Numbered from the stretch's first letter, positions 53,228 through 63,011 are shown. The stretch is DNA of 64,000 nt from Candidatus Bathyarchaeota archaeon (GCA_963720565.1 CAVRFW010000007.1:32001-96000), one strand, 5' to 3'. Numbers and translations are program-made. The notes: a model not told the origin generated them from the sequence alone.

Positions 53228-54625
53228 ATGAGTAGAACTGCAGCAGTACTGATAGTTCTGGTTTTCCTTGCGTCAATTCTCGCCATACCAGTTAACCCCG
53301 TTTCTGCAGCATCTCCGGACTCATGGACAGCAAAAACGCCGATGCGGGAAGCAAGAGGCGGCTTAGGCGTTGCCGTAGTAAATGGCAAAATCTACGCAAT
53401 AGGAGGCTCCACAGCAAGCGGACCATATCGCCCAGATGCTTTCGCCGGTGACTTTGTTGGAACAAACGAGGAATACGACCCAACAACAGACACGTGGACC
53501 ACCAAAGCTTCAATGCCAACTCCAAGAGACTACTTCGCCATAGCCGCTTACAAAAACAAAATATACTGCATAGGTGGAGCTGTGGGTTTTAGCGTGGATG
53601 AAGTATCTGGATTTCACTCATACGTTACTTCTGGAGTGACAGAGGTGTATGATACAATCACGAACACTTGGGTTGCCAAGAAATCCATGCCCGATGACGG
53701 AATGCAGATTCAAGCCCATGTGGTAGACGGAAAAATCTTCGTTATGGATTGGTCTTTGGTGTATGTTTATGATCCTGAAAAGGATTCGTGGTCTGAGAAG
53801 ACACGGATGCCTCCGCCTTATCCTTGGTCTTCGCCGGTCTCCGCTGTCGTAGGCAAGAAAATTGTTGTCACTGGTGAGTTTAGAGTCGGATGGAATTACA
53901 CTTCAGCCCAGAAAGTCATGGTTTACGACACGGAAACAGACGGCTGGAGCGAAGGCGAGACTGGTCCAGTCCTTGTTGTTAATGATGCGGCTGTGGCTAC
54001 AGCTGGTGTTAACGCTCTTCAAAGGATTTACGTTTTAGGCTTAAACGCTGGACAGTATCCTGCGCCTTCTACTAATCAGGTTTATGATCCAGAGGCTAAC
54101 GCTTGGACAGCAGCCACTGCGATGCCTACGTTTCGTGTTGATTTTGGTGTTGCAGAGGTTAATGATGTCTTGTACGCAATCGGAGGGTACTCTTACACAT
54201 CAGGCATACACGGTACTGTGACACCAACCGCGGTGAACGAGCAGTACTTCCCCCTCGGTTATGGGGTTCCGCCTGAAATCAATGTTGTTTCGCCAGTGAA
54301 TCAGAAATACAATGGGTCCAGTGTTTCCCTGATTTTCACCGTGGGCAAGCAGGTTAGTTGGGTGGGTTATAGTCTCGATTGGGTGGAAAACGTGACGGTT
54401 GCTGGAAATGCCACTCTTGCTGGATTGTCGAATGGTTTGCACAGCGTGGTGGTTTATGCCAATGACACCTTCGGAAACATGGGAGCATCAGAAATTGTGT
54501 CTTTCACGGTAGCTGTTCCAGAGCCTTTCCCAACAACCCTTGTCATCGTCTCCGCAATCGCAGTAGTCTTGGTTGGTTTGGGGTTGCTGATTTACTTCAA
54601 GAAAGCAAGAAAAAACTTCGCTTAG
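53228..54625 (+). CDS. Secreted Kelch + Ig protein with CTERM tail
   Basis: KIYAIGG...YDP..D.W repeats and PEPFPT...IYFKK. Confidence 0.85.
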   Translation: MSRTAAVLIVLVFLASILAIPVNPVSAASPDSWTAKTPMREARGGLGVAVVNGKIYAIGGSTASGPYRPDAFAGDFVGTNEEYDPTTDTWTTKASMPTPRDYFAIAAYKNKIYCIGGAVGFSVDEVSGFHSYVTSGVTEVYDTITNTWVAKKSMPDDGMQIQAHVVDGKIFVMDWSLVYVYDPEKDSWSEKTRMPPPYPWSSPVSAVVGKKIVVTGEFRVGWNYTSAQKVMVYDTETDGWSEGETGPVLVVNDAAVATAGVNALQRIYVLGLNAGQYPAPSTNQVYDPEANAWTAATAMPTFRVDFGVAEVNDVLYAIGGYSYTSGIHGTVTPTAVNEQYFPLGYGVPPEINVVSPVNQKYNGSSVSLIFTVGKQVSWVGYSLDWVENVTVAGNATLAGLSNGLHSVVVYANDTFGNMGASEIVSFTVAVPEPFPTTLVIVSAIAVVLVGLGLLIYFKKARKNFA

Positions 54626-54846
54626 ACCACTTTAGAGCTACGCAAATACTCAAACCTGCGTTTTAACGAATTATAGGATTCTTTCCAAAACAGCTGGAGT
54701 TTTATCTGCAGTAGTATCCCAACTTTTCTGATTAGCTTTCTATCTCGCGGGTACCCGCTTTACCAGCGCTGGCGAAACACATGGGTAGTGGAGACGTCTC
54801 CCGCCACACCCTTTTTCCGATACAAAACGCGCGCTTCTTGTTTTCT

Positions 54847-56157
54847 CTATAGGTTTCCAGTATCACTGGGTTGTTTTCGTCTTCTAACAATTACCGCGAT
54901 AATCAGCAACGCTGCTATTGTGATGACGAGGGCAGACAGTACTATTGCAGTTGGGAAATTCCAAGGTTGAATGTTTTCAGGGAGCCCGCCGAGTATGTAG
55001 CCAACGTAGACAGGGTCATGTTGAATCTGCATGCCATCCCACACTGGAAAACAGATCCTGTAAATCAGCGAGGACGATTGGTAATCCATGTTGAAGTCTT
55101 GCCATGAACCTCCGAATAGTGCTTCAAGTTGTAGTTGGTCTCTGAAGAACTCCATCCCATTAACGGGGTTTACCCGGATTAATGGCGGGACATCGGAGAA
55201 TGCAGCGGCTTCTGCTTTCGTCTCGTAGGTTTCAACGTGTGTTTGATGAGTCTGGTTGGCTTCGCCACGGTTGAGCGTGTAGTTTCCGCCGAAGACGAAG
55301 TCATAGGCTTTGGCGCCGTCGACTTCCACCTGAGCCAGTTCAGCATCAATTGCTGAGTCTTCTGCAGTTGCCGAATTGAATTCCTCACCGTCCACGTAGG
55401 TCGTGTACGGCTTCGAGGTGTACGTGGCTGTCGCGTACAGCAGGGCCAAGCTTAAACCTTCCAGCGAGAGCTGCGAAGAATCATGAATCAACAGGCTAGT
55501 TATTGGTCCGATGTCGAAGCTGGTCTTTAGGTTTGAGACGTTTCCGTTAACGGTGAAATCGTAGCTCAGGGTTATGTGGCCAAAGACTAATGAAGCTACG
55601 ACGCCGACGCGATGGCTTGCGTTTTGAAGGTATCCGTGGGTGTTCTCATACGTGAAGCTCCAACGGTAATGCGGATCCGAGCCTTCCATGGCCTTCTGGA
55701 TCGGGGTCATGCTGTAGCTGTCGCTCATGTTAACGTACATGTAATATACTATTTCGCTTTCGCCCGAAGTTTGCGGGACTCCATCACCGTTAAAGTCCCG
55801 GTAGACTTCCAGTTCGGAGAGGGCGCTTGCGATGAAGACTTGAGTGCCGTCTGCCATGAAGAAGTGTTGCCCCAAAAGATTAGCCACGGGAACGGGATAG
55901 CCATAGTCTGGAGTAGTGTAAATCGCAAAGTTGATCACCTGAGTGCCGGAAACGCTGACCCAATCGTACCATATGAGCAGAGGCGAATTTTCAGGAACAA
56001 CAGTGCCATTCGTGTATTCGACACCACTAACAGGTATTGTAGTGGACGCTTCCGCCAAACCAATGATTGGGGATTCCGGAACCACAGCAAAACACGAAGT
56101 CACCAACAGCACCGCAGCAACCACTAAGACAGAAAACCTCAAATTTCGCTTAGCCAT
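54847..56157 (-). CDS. Secreted/surface protein with a divergent TM tail (NFPT...RRRK)
   Basis: Signal peptide, C-terminal I.HDP motif and TM helix with basic tail. Confidence 0.7.
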   Translation of the reverse strand: MAKRNLRFSVLVVAAVLLVTSCFAVVPESPIIGLAEASTTIPVSGVEYTNGTVVPENSPLLIWYDWVSVSGTQVINFAIYTTPDYGYPVPVANLLGQHFFMADGTQVFIASALSELEVYRDFNGDGVPQTSGESEIVYYMYVNMSDSYSMTPIQKAMEGSDPHYRWSFTYENTHGYLQNASHRVGVVASLVFGHITLSYDFTVNGNVSNLKTSFDIGPITSLLIHDSSQLSLEGLSLALLYATATYTSKPYTTYVDGEEFNSATAEDSAIDAELAQVEVDGAKAYDFVFGGNYTLNRGEANQTHQTHVETYETKAEAAAFSDVPPLIRVNPVNGMEFFRDQLQLEALFGGSWQDFNMDYQSSSLIYRICFPVWDGMQIQHDPVYVGYILGGLPENIQPWNFPTAIVLSALVITIAALLIIAVIVRRRKQPSDTGNL

Positions 56158-56362
56158 TTCTGTCCCCAAAATAAAATAGGTAACTGAACATTTAGGGTTT
56201 TCTGGCTAAAACAAAATCAGAAGACAAAAGAAAGTACAGTAGTCCCAGTTAAAAAATCCTACGCGCAGGAAATTTGACTATAAAATGGGCGTGTTTAGTC
56301 AAGAAACCTTTACAAAAACCCCTTTAAAACACAGCCACCAAACAATACATGGCGAAAAAAAC

Positions 56363-57847
56363 ATGAGCAAACACGCTGCAATTCTCCTTGCACTAATCTT
56401 ACTCACTCCACTACTTGTAGCGCCGGTTCGGCCTGTCTCTGCTGCTACGTCGGATTCTTGGACGACTATGGCTCCTATGCAGGTTGCGAGATGCGATTTG
56501 GGCGTCGTCACGTTAGGCGGCAGAATATACGCAATAGGCGGAAGCACAGAAAGCGGATACATACCGAACACCGTTGGAAACAACTACACAGCCAAAGGAT
56601 GGATATCGAACTTCAATGAAGAATACAATCCGGCAATAGGCACATGGGCTTTCAAGAAGCCAATGCCCACTCCCAGATACGAGTTTGCGGCAGCTGCTTG
56701 CCAGAACAAGATCTACTGCATAGGCGGTGTGGTTGACTGGCATGTTGGATACTATATTAACCGCACAAAGATCAATGAAGTTTACAACCCGGCGGCTGAT
56801 ATATGGGAGAAGAGAGCATCTGTGCCTTTTAGCCCAGAGGGTCAGGCAAACGTTGTTGGTGGCAAAATCTATTTGGTCGGAGGAGGCGAAACAGGAACGT
56901 TAAACCAAGTCTATGACCCTGCAGCCGACTCTTGGACCCTCGGAGCTTCCTTGCCGGAGAAAGTCTCATTTCAGGTATCTGTTGTCCTCGACGGCAGAAT
57001 ATACGTCAGCGGATTCCTTCAATCCTTGGGAAACGAGTTCCTTGATTCTAAGAATTATGTCTACGACCCGCCAACTGACACTTGGGCCTCGTGTGCCGCT
57101 CTTCCAGCCGACACTTTCAGCGGCGAAGGTGTCCCATGGAGGGGGAACTGGTCGTCGGAAGCTGCCGGTGCAACAACAGGAACGTTGTCTTTAAAACGGA
57201 TCTACGTTTTTTTCACGCAGTATGTTTATTCAGGTCCACTTCCGAATCTGGTCTACAACCCGGTTAACGACTCTTGGTCTCGTGGCGCTGATGTCCCCAC
57301 AAACCGTGAAGATTTCGGCGTTGCTGTCTTAGATGACATGGTGTATCTGGTTGGAGGAAAATATCTTGAGTATCCGTTTCCTGATGACAATTACTTCACA
57401 GTAACACCATTATCGACTAATGAGAGGTATACTCCGTTTGGTTATGGGGTGCCAGACCCCTCTCCCGTGAAATTCTTTGACAGCATTGCCCCAAAAATCA
57501 CAATTACGTCACCAGAGAACAAAACGTACAACACGGACAGTGTCCTCTTGAACTTCACAACTAGTGAACACGCCGCCCAAATACTGTATAGTCTTGACGG
57601 ATTGGAAAACGCGACGTTAAGCGGGAACATCACTCTTTCTGGATTGTCAAACGGTGTGCATGACTTGATTGTCTACGCCAATGACACTTCTGGAAACACT
57701 GGAGCCTCAGAAACGCTATTCTTCACGATCGCAAAGCCAGAGCCTTTCCCAACAACACTACTCCTCGGCTCCGCAATTGCAGCAGTGGCTGTGGTTGGCG
57801 TTGGTTTGCTGTTTTACCTCAAGAAACGCCGGGCAATTCCTCATTGA
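56363..57847 (+). CDS. Secreted Kelch + Ig protein with CTERM tail
   Basis: Kelch repeats and PEPFPT...FYLKKR. Confidence 0.85.
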   Translation: MSKHAAILLALILLTPLLVAPVRPVSAATSDSWTTMAPMQVARCDLGVVTLGGRIYAIGGSTESGYIPNTVGNNYTAKGWISNFNEEYNPAIGTWAFKKPMPTPRYEFAAAACQNKIYCIGGVVDWHVGYYINRTKINEVYNPAADIWEKRASVPFSPEGQANVVGGKIYLVGGGETGTLNQVYDPAADSWTLGASLPEKVSFQVSVVLDGRIYVSGFLQSLGNEFLDSKNYVYDPPTDTWASCAALPADTFSGEGVPWRGNWSSEAAGATTGTLSLKRIYVFFTQYVYSGPLPNLVYNPVNDSWSRGADVPTNREDFGVAVLDDMVYLVGGKYLEYPFPDDNYFTVTPLSTNERYTPFGYGVPDPSPVKFFDSIAPKITITSPENKTYNTDSVLLNFTTSEHAAQILYSLDGLENATLSGNITLSGLSNGVHDLIVYANDTSGNTGASETLFFTIAKPEPFPTTLLLGSAIAAVAVVGVGLLFYLKKRRAIPH

Positions 57848-57939
57848 GGATGTTCCATCCGTGGAACGTTTTGTTCCAAAGATAGAGCGAAATACCAGTC
57901 ACAAGCCATTATCATATAGCGAGGAAGAGGAAATACCCC

Positions 57940-59226
57940 GTGAAGAATACAGCGTTAGTAATGACACTAATACTGGCACTCCTAACGTCACTAATGTTTG
58001 GAGTGCAGCCTGTTAAGTCAAGTCCTAAAACCATTGTTGTCCCTGAAGATTATTCCACAATTCAGGAGGCTGTCAGTCACGCTGCTGACGGCGACACAGT
58101 GCTGGTGAAAAACGGAATCTATCCAATGGATGAAAACACTACAATTGTTATAAGCAAAACTCTGCACCTAGTCGGAGAAGACCCTGCAAAAACAGTGATT
58201 CTTGGAGTCTCCAGCAATCAATATGACAGGGGTGTCGCAATTAGGCTTGCAGCCCCAAACATAACAGTCTCAGGATTCACTATAACAGACTTCAGGGTGG
58301 CGATTGCGTTGGTAAACTATTTTGGAGAGCCAAATCCCTTAGGATGCAGAATAATCAATAACAACATCGTAAACAATTCTGAGGGCATCAGACCTCAAAG
58401 AAACGACCTGCTTATTTCGGAAAACAACATCACCAAGAACGGCATCGGAATAGCAGGTTACAATACAGAAAACGTCTTTGTCACTCGAAATAACATAAGC
58501 GAAAACGGGTATGGCGTAAATATTGGAATATGCAGAAACATCACGATCAGCGAAAACCAAATTTCTGATAACACGGGCGCAATAAATCTAGCCTATTATG
58601 GACCTTACTTTGTCTATGGCAATAAAATAACAGACAACAGTTGGGGAATCAGATTTGCAGAAGCCTGCAGCAACGCAACCGTCTATGGCAATAACATCAC
58701 GCAAAACGGTGTTGGAGTCGCGTTGCTTAATTTCCCAAACGCTGGAGACATAGTTGTCAGCGGAGTCGGAAACACAGTTTTTGGCAATCTGTTCCTTAAT
58801 AACACTAGGCAAGTAGCCAAGGAAGAAAGCAATTACAACTATCCAAACACGACGAGAATGGGCACAGACATTGTCTCATGGGATAACAGCACCGTAGGCA
58901 ACTACTGGAGTGACTATTCTGGACTGGACTATAACAATGACGGAATAGGCGATACAGCATACATCATAGACGAAAACAACAAAGACAACTACCCGTTAAT
59001 TTCGCCATCTGAGATGTCTCCAATTCCAAATTCCAATTCGCCTCCTTCACCAACACCCATACCTACACTGGCTCCAACACCGACTACAAGTCCAGAACCC
59101 ACACCGGAACCGGAGCCTTTCCCAACAACCTTCGTCATCGGTTCCGTAGTCGCTGTGGTGGCTGATGGTTGGTTTGGGTCTGCTGGTTTACCTCAAGAAA
59201 CGCCGTCGTTAAGCAGAAACCTTTAG
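57940..59226 (+). CDS. Secreted NosD beta-helix protein; CTERM tail frameshifted near 59165
   Basis: IVVPEDYSTIQEA and GNYWSDY; motif C DNA is present out of frame. Confidence 0.82.
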   Translation: MKNTALVMTLILALLTSLMFGVQPVKSSPKTIVVPEDYSTIQEAVSHAADGDTVLVKNGIYPMDENTTIVISKTLHLVGEDPAKTVILGVSSNQYDRGVAIRLAAPNITVSGFTITDFRVAIALVNYFGEPNPLGCRIINNNIVNNSEGIRPQRNDLLISENNITKNGIGIAGYNTENVFVTRNNISENGYGVNIGICRNITISENQISDNTGAINLAYYGPYFVYGNKITDNSWGIRFAEACSNATVYGNNITQNGVGVALLNFPNAGDIVVSGVGNTVFGNLFLNNTRQVAKEESNYNYPNTTRMGTDIVSWDNSTVGNYWSDYSGLDYNNDGIGDTAYIIDENNKDNYPLISPSEMSPIPNSNSPPSPTPIPTLAPTPTTSPEPTPEPEPFPTTFVIGSVVAVVADGWFGSAGLPQETPSLSRNL

Positions 59227-59288
59227 TCAATAATTCTTTACAAAAACTCCTTTTAGACTGAGGCTGCCCATTAATGGATGGTAATGCC

Positions 59289-60242
59289 ATGAAGAAAACT
59301 GCATTGGCATTGGCTGCAATAATGGGGTTTGTAGTCATTGCTCGTCCAACGGTTGCGATTGCAGCTGCTAATCCTATCCCTTACCCAAATACACCCAGCA
59401 CAGAATTGCCAACTCTGACTATTAGAACCCCAAAAAATTATTCTGATTACTATGCAAATAACACCTTCAAATTAGAGTTTATTATTATACAACCTGAGTC
59501 TTGGAATTCATACTACAGGGGATTTATCCCCATCATAGGATCTTACGGCACGCGCGTGTATTTGGATGGCAATGCTAACTGGAATCTTCAAAGGTCTCCA
59601 AGAAGTAACACTGTAACAGACTATGCAGCCATTTTCAGCAACCTGACTGACACTGAACATGCAGTGCACATAGTGGTTGAGGCAAGTGCATCTTACAGGG
59701 CATATTATACGAAAGATGGTGAAACTATCACAACTGGAAGAACAAACAACACCTACATCACCCAAACCGTGCATTTTCAACTAGAACCTGCTTCCAAAAC
59801 AGTATCATTCCAAAAGGATCCCCAGGTAGTGAGCAAAGACCCCTATCCAGACCCCCCAACACCTGTTCCCACTACGATTTCGCCTCAAAACACAAGCTAC
59901 ACCACAGACAACATAGCCCAATTCACGCTGCCACTATGCTTCACAATCAACGCAACTGCTTCATGGATAGGTTACTGCTTGGATAATCAATCAAGAATTA
60001 CCATTCATGGAAACAGCACTCTATCAGAATTAAGTGCAGGTCCACATAACATGACATTGTTTGCCAGCGGCACTTTTGGCAATATGGGTATTTCAAACAC
60101 CACTTACTTCAGCATAGAGCCTGCGACAGAACCAGGATCCCTCCCTGGAATTCCTGTCACGGCATATGTGAGTGTGGCAGCCACTCTCAGCATTGGCTTG
60201 CTTGTCTACCTCAAGAAACGCCGTGGGGAAAAGAGTCCATGA
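59289..60242 (+). CDS. Secreted Ig-like protein with CTERM tail
   Basis: AAANP signal end, SWIGYCLD module and LLVYLKKR. Confidence 0.75.
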   Translation: MKKTALALAAIMGFVVIARPTVAIAAANPIPYPNTPSTELPTLTIRTPKNYSDYYANNTFKLEFIIIQPESWNSYYRGFIPIIGSYGTRVYLDGNANWNLQRSPRSNTVTDYAAIFSNLTDTEHAVHIVVEASASYRAYYTKDGETITTGRTNNTYITQTVHFQLEPASKTVSFQKDPQVVSKDPYPDPPTPVPTTISPQNTSYTTDNIAQFTLPLCFTINATASWIGYCLDNQSRITIHGNSTLSELSAGPHNMTLFASGTFGNMGISNTTYFSIEPATEPGSLPGIPVTAYVSVAATLSIGLLVYLKKRRGEKSP

Positions 60243-61993
60243 AGAAGGCAGCAGTATTGTTGGCATTTAGCGTGGCGATTCTAATCTCAACACTTTCCGT
60301 CATTCAGGCTAAAGCCGAGCAGTGGAGCTCACCAGCACAAATCGTGACCCCTTGGTTGGCTAGGCAAGTTGCTCTCTCGATGAGTGCTGATGGAAGCAAA
60401 ATATTGTATTCCGCCTGGGAGGGAGAAGGAGACTGCGACATTTTCATCATCAACTCTGACGGTACCGGGGAGAAGCAGTTAACGGATAGTTCAAGGCTGG
60501 AAGGGTATGCATCAATCAGCGCTGATGGGAGCAAAATTGCCTTCTTGTCCTTCAAATGGTGGGACACTGGTGCGGGCGAACCTCTTCAGGTTGATTATCA
60601 GCTTTTCGTGGTGAATTCAGACGGCACGGGACTTAGTCGGCTGACCGATATGGAAGCGGGCATCCCGTCTATCAATGGCGATGGCAGCAAAGTGGCATTT
60701 TGCTCTGAGGGACTTCTCTATGTGGTTAACTCAGATGGAACGGGACTCAAGCAGCTAACCAACACTAGCACTGCCCTAGACCCTGTTATTAGCGGGGACG
60801 GAAGCAAGATAGCGTTTATCTACAAAGTATACGATTCTGACCCCAATGAGGAAACCAACGATCCCTATTCTGACGATTACGAGTTGCTGGTCATAAACTC
60901 TGATGGAACGGGACTGAGACAGCTGACTTTCAACCGTTACATTTACTATTTTGACACCTATCCCTCAATCAGCGCTGACGGCAACAGAATAGCTTTCTCA
61001 GATGGCCCACTTTTCGTGGTTAACTCTGACGGAACAGGACTCAAACAACTGACCAGCAATGGAACAACGAGTATACTCTTCCCCTCTATAAACGGGGATG
61101 GAACCAGGATAGTTTATTCCTCGTCTCAGTACCTGTATGGGGATAGCACTGTGACCTTTTTCTTGACTAGTACCGATGGGTCAGAATTGACCAACTTGGG
61201 ATCTTGGGGTTTTGGCGAGGTGGCTGGGGGACCTTGCATTAGTATAGACGGAAGCACTATAGCCCTCCCATTTTATCGTGAGGGAATCTATGTTAGTTAT
61301 AACATGGACAGATACAAAGATTTGAGCCCGCCCACCTCAGCTGCAGCCTATGACGGGCAGTGGCATGCCTCTGACTTCAACATCAACCTCACGGCTTCTG
61401 ACGACTTGCTAGTAGCTGCGACTTTCTACAAGATCAATAACGGTGAGACAAAAAACGTCGCTGAAGATGGGCAACCGCTCATCATTACAGAAGGTGCAAA
61501 CAACACGCTAGAATACTGGAGCAGAGATATCTCGGGAAAAATTGAACAGCACAGGCTCTTAACCGACATAAAGCTTGATAAATCAGACCCCACAGGATCG
61601 ATAACCATAAACGACGATGCCAACTCCACCTATTCCACTTCGGTCACACTTTCAATAATCGCCAGTGATGTCTCAGGCATAGCAGAAATGCGTTTCAGCC
61701 ACAATGGAACAGACTGGACAACTTGGGAAAAGTACACTGAATCCAAGAGCTGGACGCTACTTGCGGGAGCAGGAAGCAAGACCGCGTATGCCCAGTTTAA
61801 AGACAACTCTGGGATGGTTTCCCAAATCTACTTCGACTCCATCGAATTAGTCGTTTTTGAACCCACATCCACGCCACAGCCAGAGAATTCTACTGCATCA
61901 CTCGTTGCAGCTTCAGTTGGTATCGCAACAGCTCTCACAGGAACATGTCTGTTCGTTTATTTGAAGAAATTCTGCAGGAATAAGAATCCATGA
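60239..61993 (+). CDS. Secreted TolB/PD40-like beta-propeller + Ig protein with CTERM tail
   Basis: PSISADG.KIAF...VVNSDGTGL.QLT repeats and FVYLKK. Confidence 0.82.
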   Translation: MKKAAVLLAFSVAILISTLSVIQAKAEQWSSPAQIVTPWLARQVALSMSADGSKILYSAWEGEGDCDIFIINSDGTGEKQLTDSSRLEGYASISADGSKIAFLSFKWWDTGAGEPLQVDYQLFVVNSDGTGLSRLTDMEAGIPSINGDGSKVAFCSEGLLYVVNSDGTGLKQLTNTSTALDPVISGDGSKIAFIYKVYDSDPNEETNDPYSDDYELLVINSDGTGLRQLTFNRYIYYFDTYPSISADGNRIAFSDGPLFVVNSDGTGLKQLTSNGTTSILFPSINGDGTRIVYSSSQYLYGDSTVTFFLTSTDGSELTNLGSWGFGEVAGGPCISIDGSTIALPFYREGIYVSYNMDRYKDLSPPTSAAAYDGQWHASDFNINLTASDDLLVAATFYKINNGETKNVAEDGQPLIITEGANNTLEYWSRDISGKIEQHRLLTDIKLDKSDPTGSITINDDANSTYSTSVTLSIIASDVSGIAEMRFSHNGTDWTTWEKYTESKSWTLLAGAGSKTAYAQFKDNSGMVSQIYFDSIELVVFEPTSTPQPENSTASLVAASVGIATALTGTCLFVYLKKFCRNKNP

Positions 61994-62718
61994 AGAAAAC
62001 AGCCTTATTCCTCGTACTCATTCTTGGAATTATCTTAGCTCCAGCTGTCACACAAAAAGTCAACTTGACAGGAGCAAATCCCATCAACTATTCACCACCT
62101 GAGCCAGCAATTCCAGAGTTCACTTTAAAATATTCAGATAATTCCTATAATGTGGTTGGCAACTTCGTACAGAATAAATCAATAGAGATCACAATCAAGA
62201 ATCAGCCAACAGCTTATGTCCTTTGCTATAATGCTAAAGCAAAAAGTCACTCTTCTGAAAATTGGACATCCTATGAGTATTATAATAACAGTAGCTATCT
62301 TACTCCCCAGTTCTTTCTTCCAAATAGACTGTTAGCTTGGAATTCTACCATGACTGTTCTTGCTTTCGGCTTTCAGGGAAACAATGGTTCCGACAACTAC
62401 AATTTGATGTTGGGAAAAGTCAACGATGGTGACAAGATAGATTTTCAAGTTCAAGCATACATAGGGAATTGGTTTCCCGGCAGAGTAGTCAATGCCACTG
62501 CCAGCATTGATTATTGGTCATTAAATATTGATGCAACAGGCGATTGGAGCCCCACACAAACTATAACCATTCAAGAAAGTTCTATTCCAGAACCTACACC
62601 CCTACTAGAGCCTTTCCCAACAACCCTAGCCATAGTGTCTGCAATTGCAGTGGCTGCTGTGTTCGGTTTGGGTTTGCTGGTTTACCTCAAAAAACGCCAA
62701 AAGACTACGAACGCATGA
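61990..62718 (+). CDS. Secreted protein with CTERM tail
   Basis: Signal peptide, IPEFTL..., DWSPTQTITI and EPFPT...VYLKKR. Confidence 0.75.
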   Translation: MKKTALFLVLILGIILAPAVTQKVNLTGANPINYSPPEPAIPEFTLKYSDNSYNVVGNFVQNKSIEITIKNQPTAYVLCYNAKAKSHSSENWTSYEYYNNSSYLTPQFFLPNRLLAWNSTMTVLAFGFQGNNGSDNYNLMLGKVNDGDKIDFQVQAYIGNWFPGRVVNATASIDYWSLNIDATGDWSPTQTITIQESSIPEPTPLLEPFPTTLAIVSAIAVAAVFGLGLLVYLKKRQKTTNA

Positions 62719-63011
62719 AGATTTCATTTAAACTAAACTCTAAAGGATCCCCTTGATAAAGGAAGGCTATTCAAGGTGTTTCCAGTTTTGAATGCTGCTG
62801 CTTCTTTTGGCGGTGAACACGCGCTAAATTGATGAAACAATAACAGCTGTCAAGCGCACCACAAAGCCTCTTCCTAACCTACTTTCAACCTCCTATTTTG
62901 ATACAATTTGCTTGGATAGTGCGCTATAGGGAATGGACTTTTAAAGCCTGATTTACAGGAAGACAGGATTAATAGCAGTCGTAGCCATTTTTAAGAACAC
63001 GCATGACTTGC

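Noticed and set aside
56285..56362. N-terminal extensions in the ORF track such as MGVFSQETFTKTP and MLSQETFTKTPF (also 48548 and 45759)
   Set aside because: These are translations of motif A DNA; true starts are the downstream signal-peptide Met codons
24641..59214. GTTAAGC after tails (24642, 48537, 59208) as integron attC R' sites
   Set aside because: No matching RYYYAAC with a fold-back stem was seen upstream, and there is no IntI gene
22284..62777. Motifs A/B/C as a CRISPR array
   Set aside because: Copies are kilobases apart and separated by whole genes; no cas genes are present
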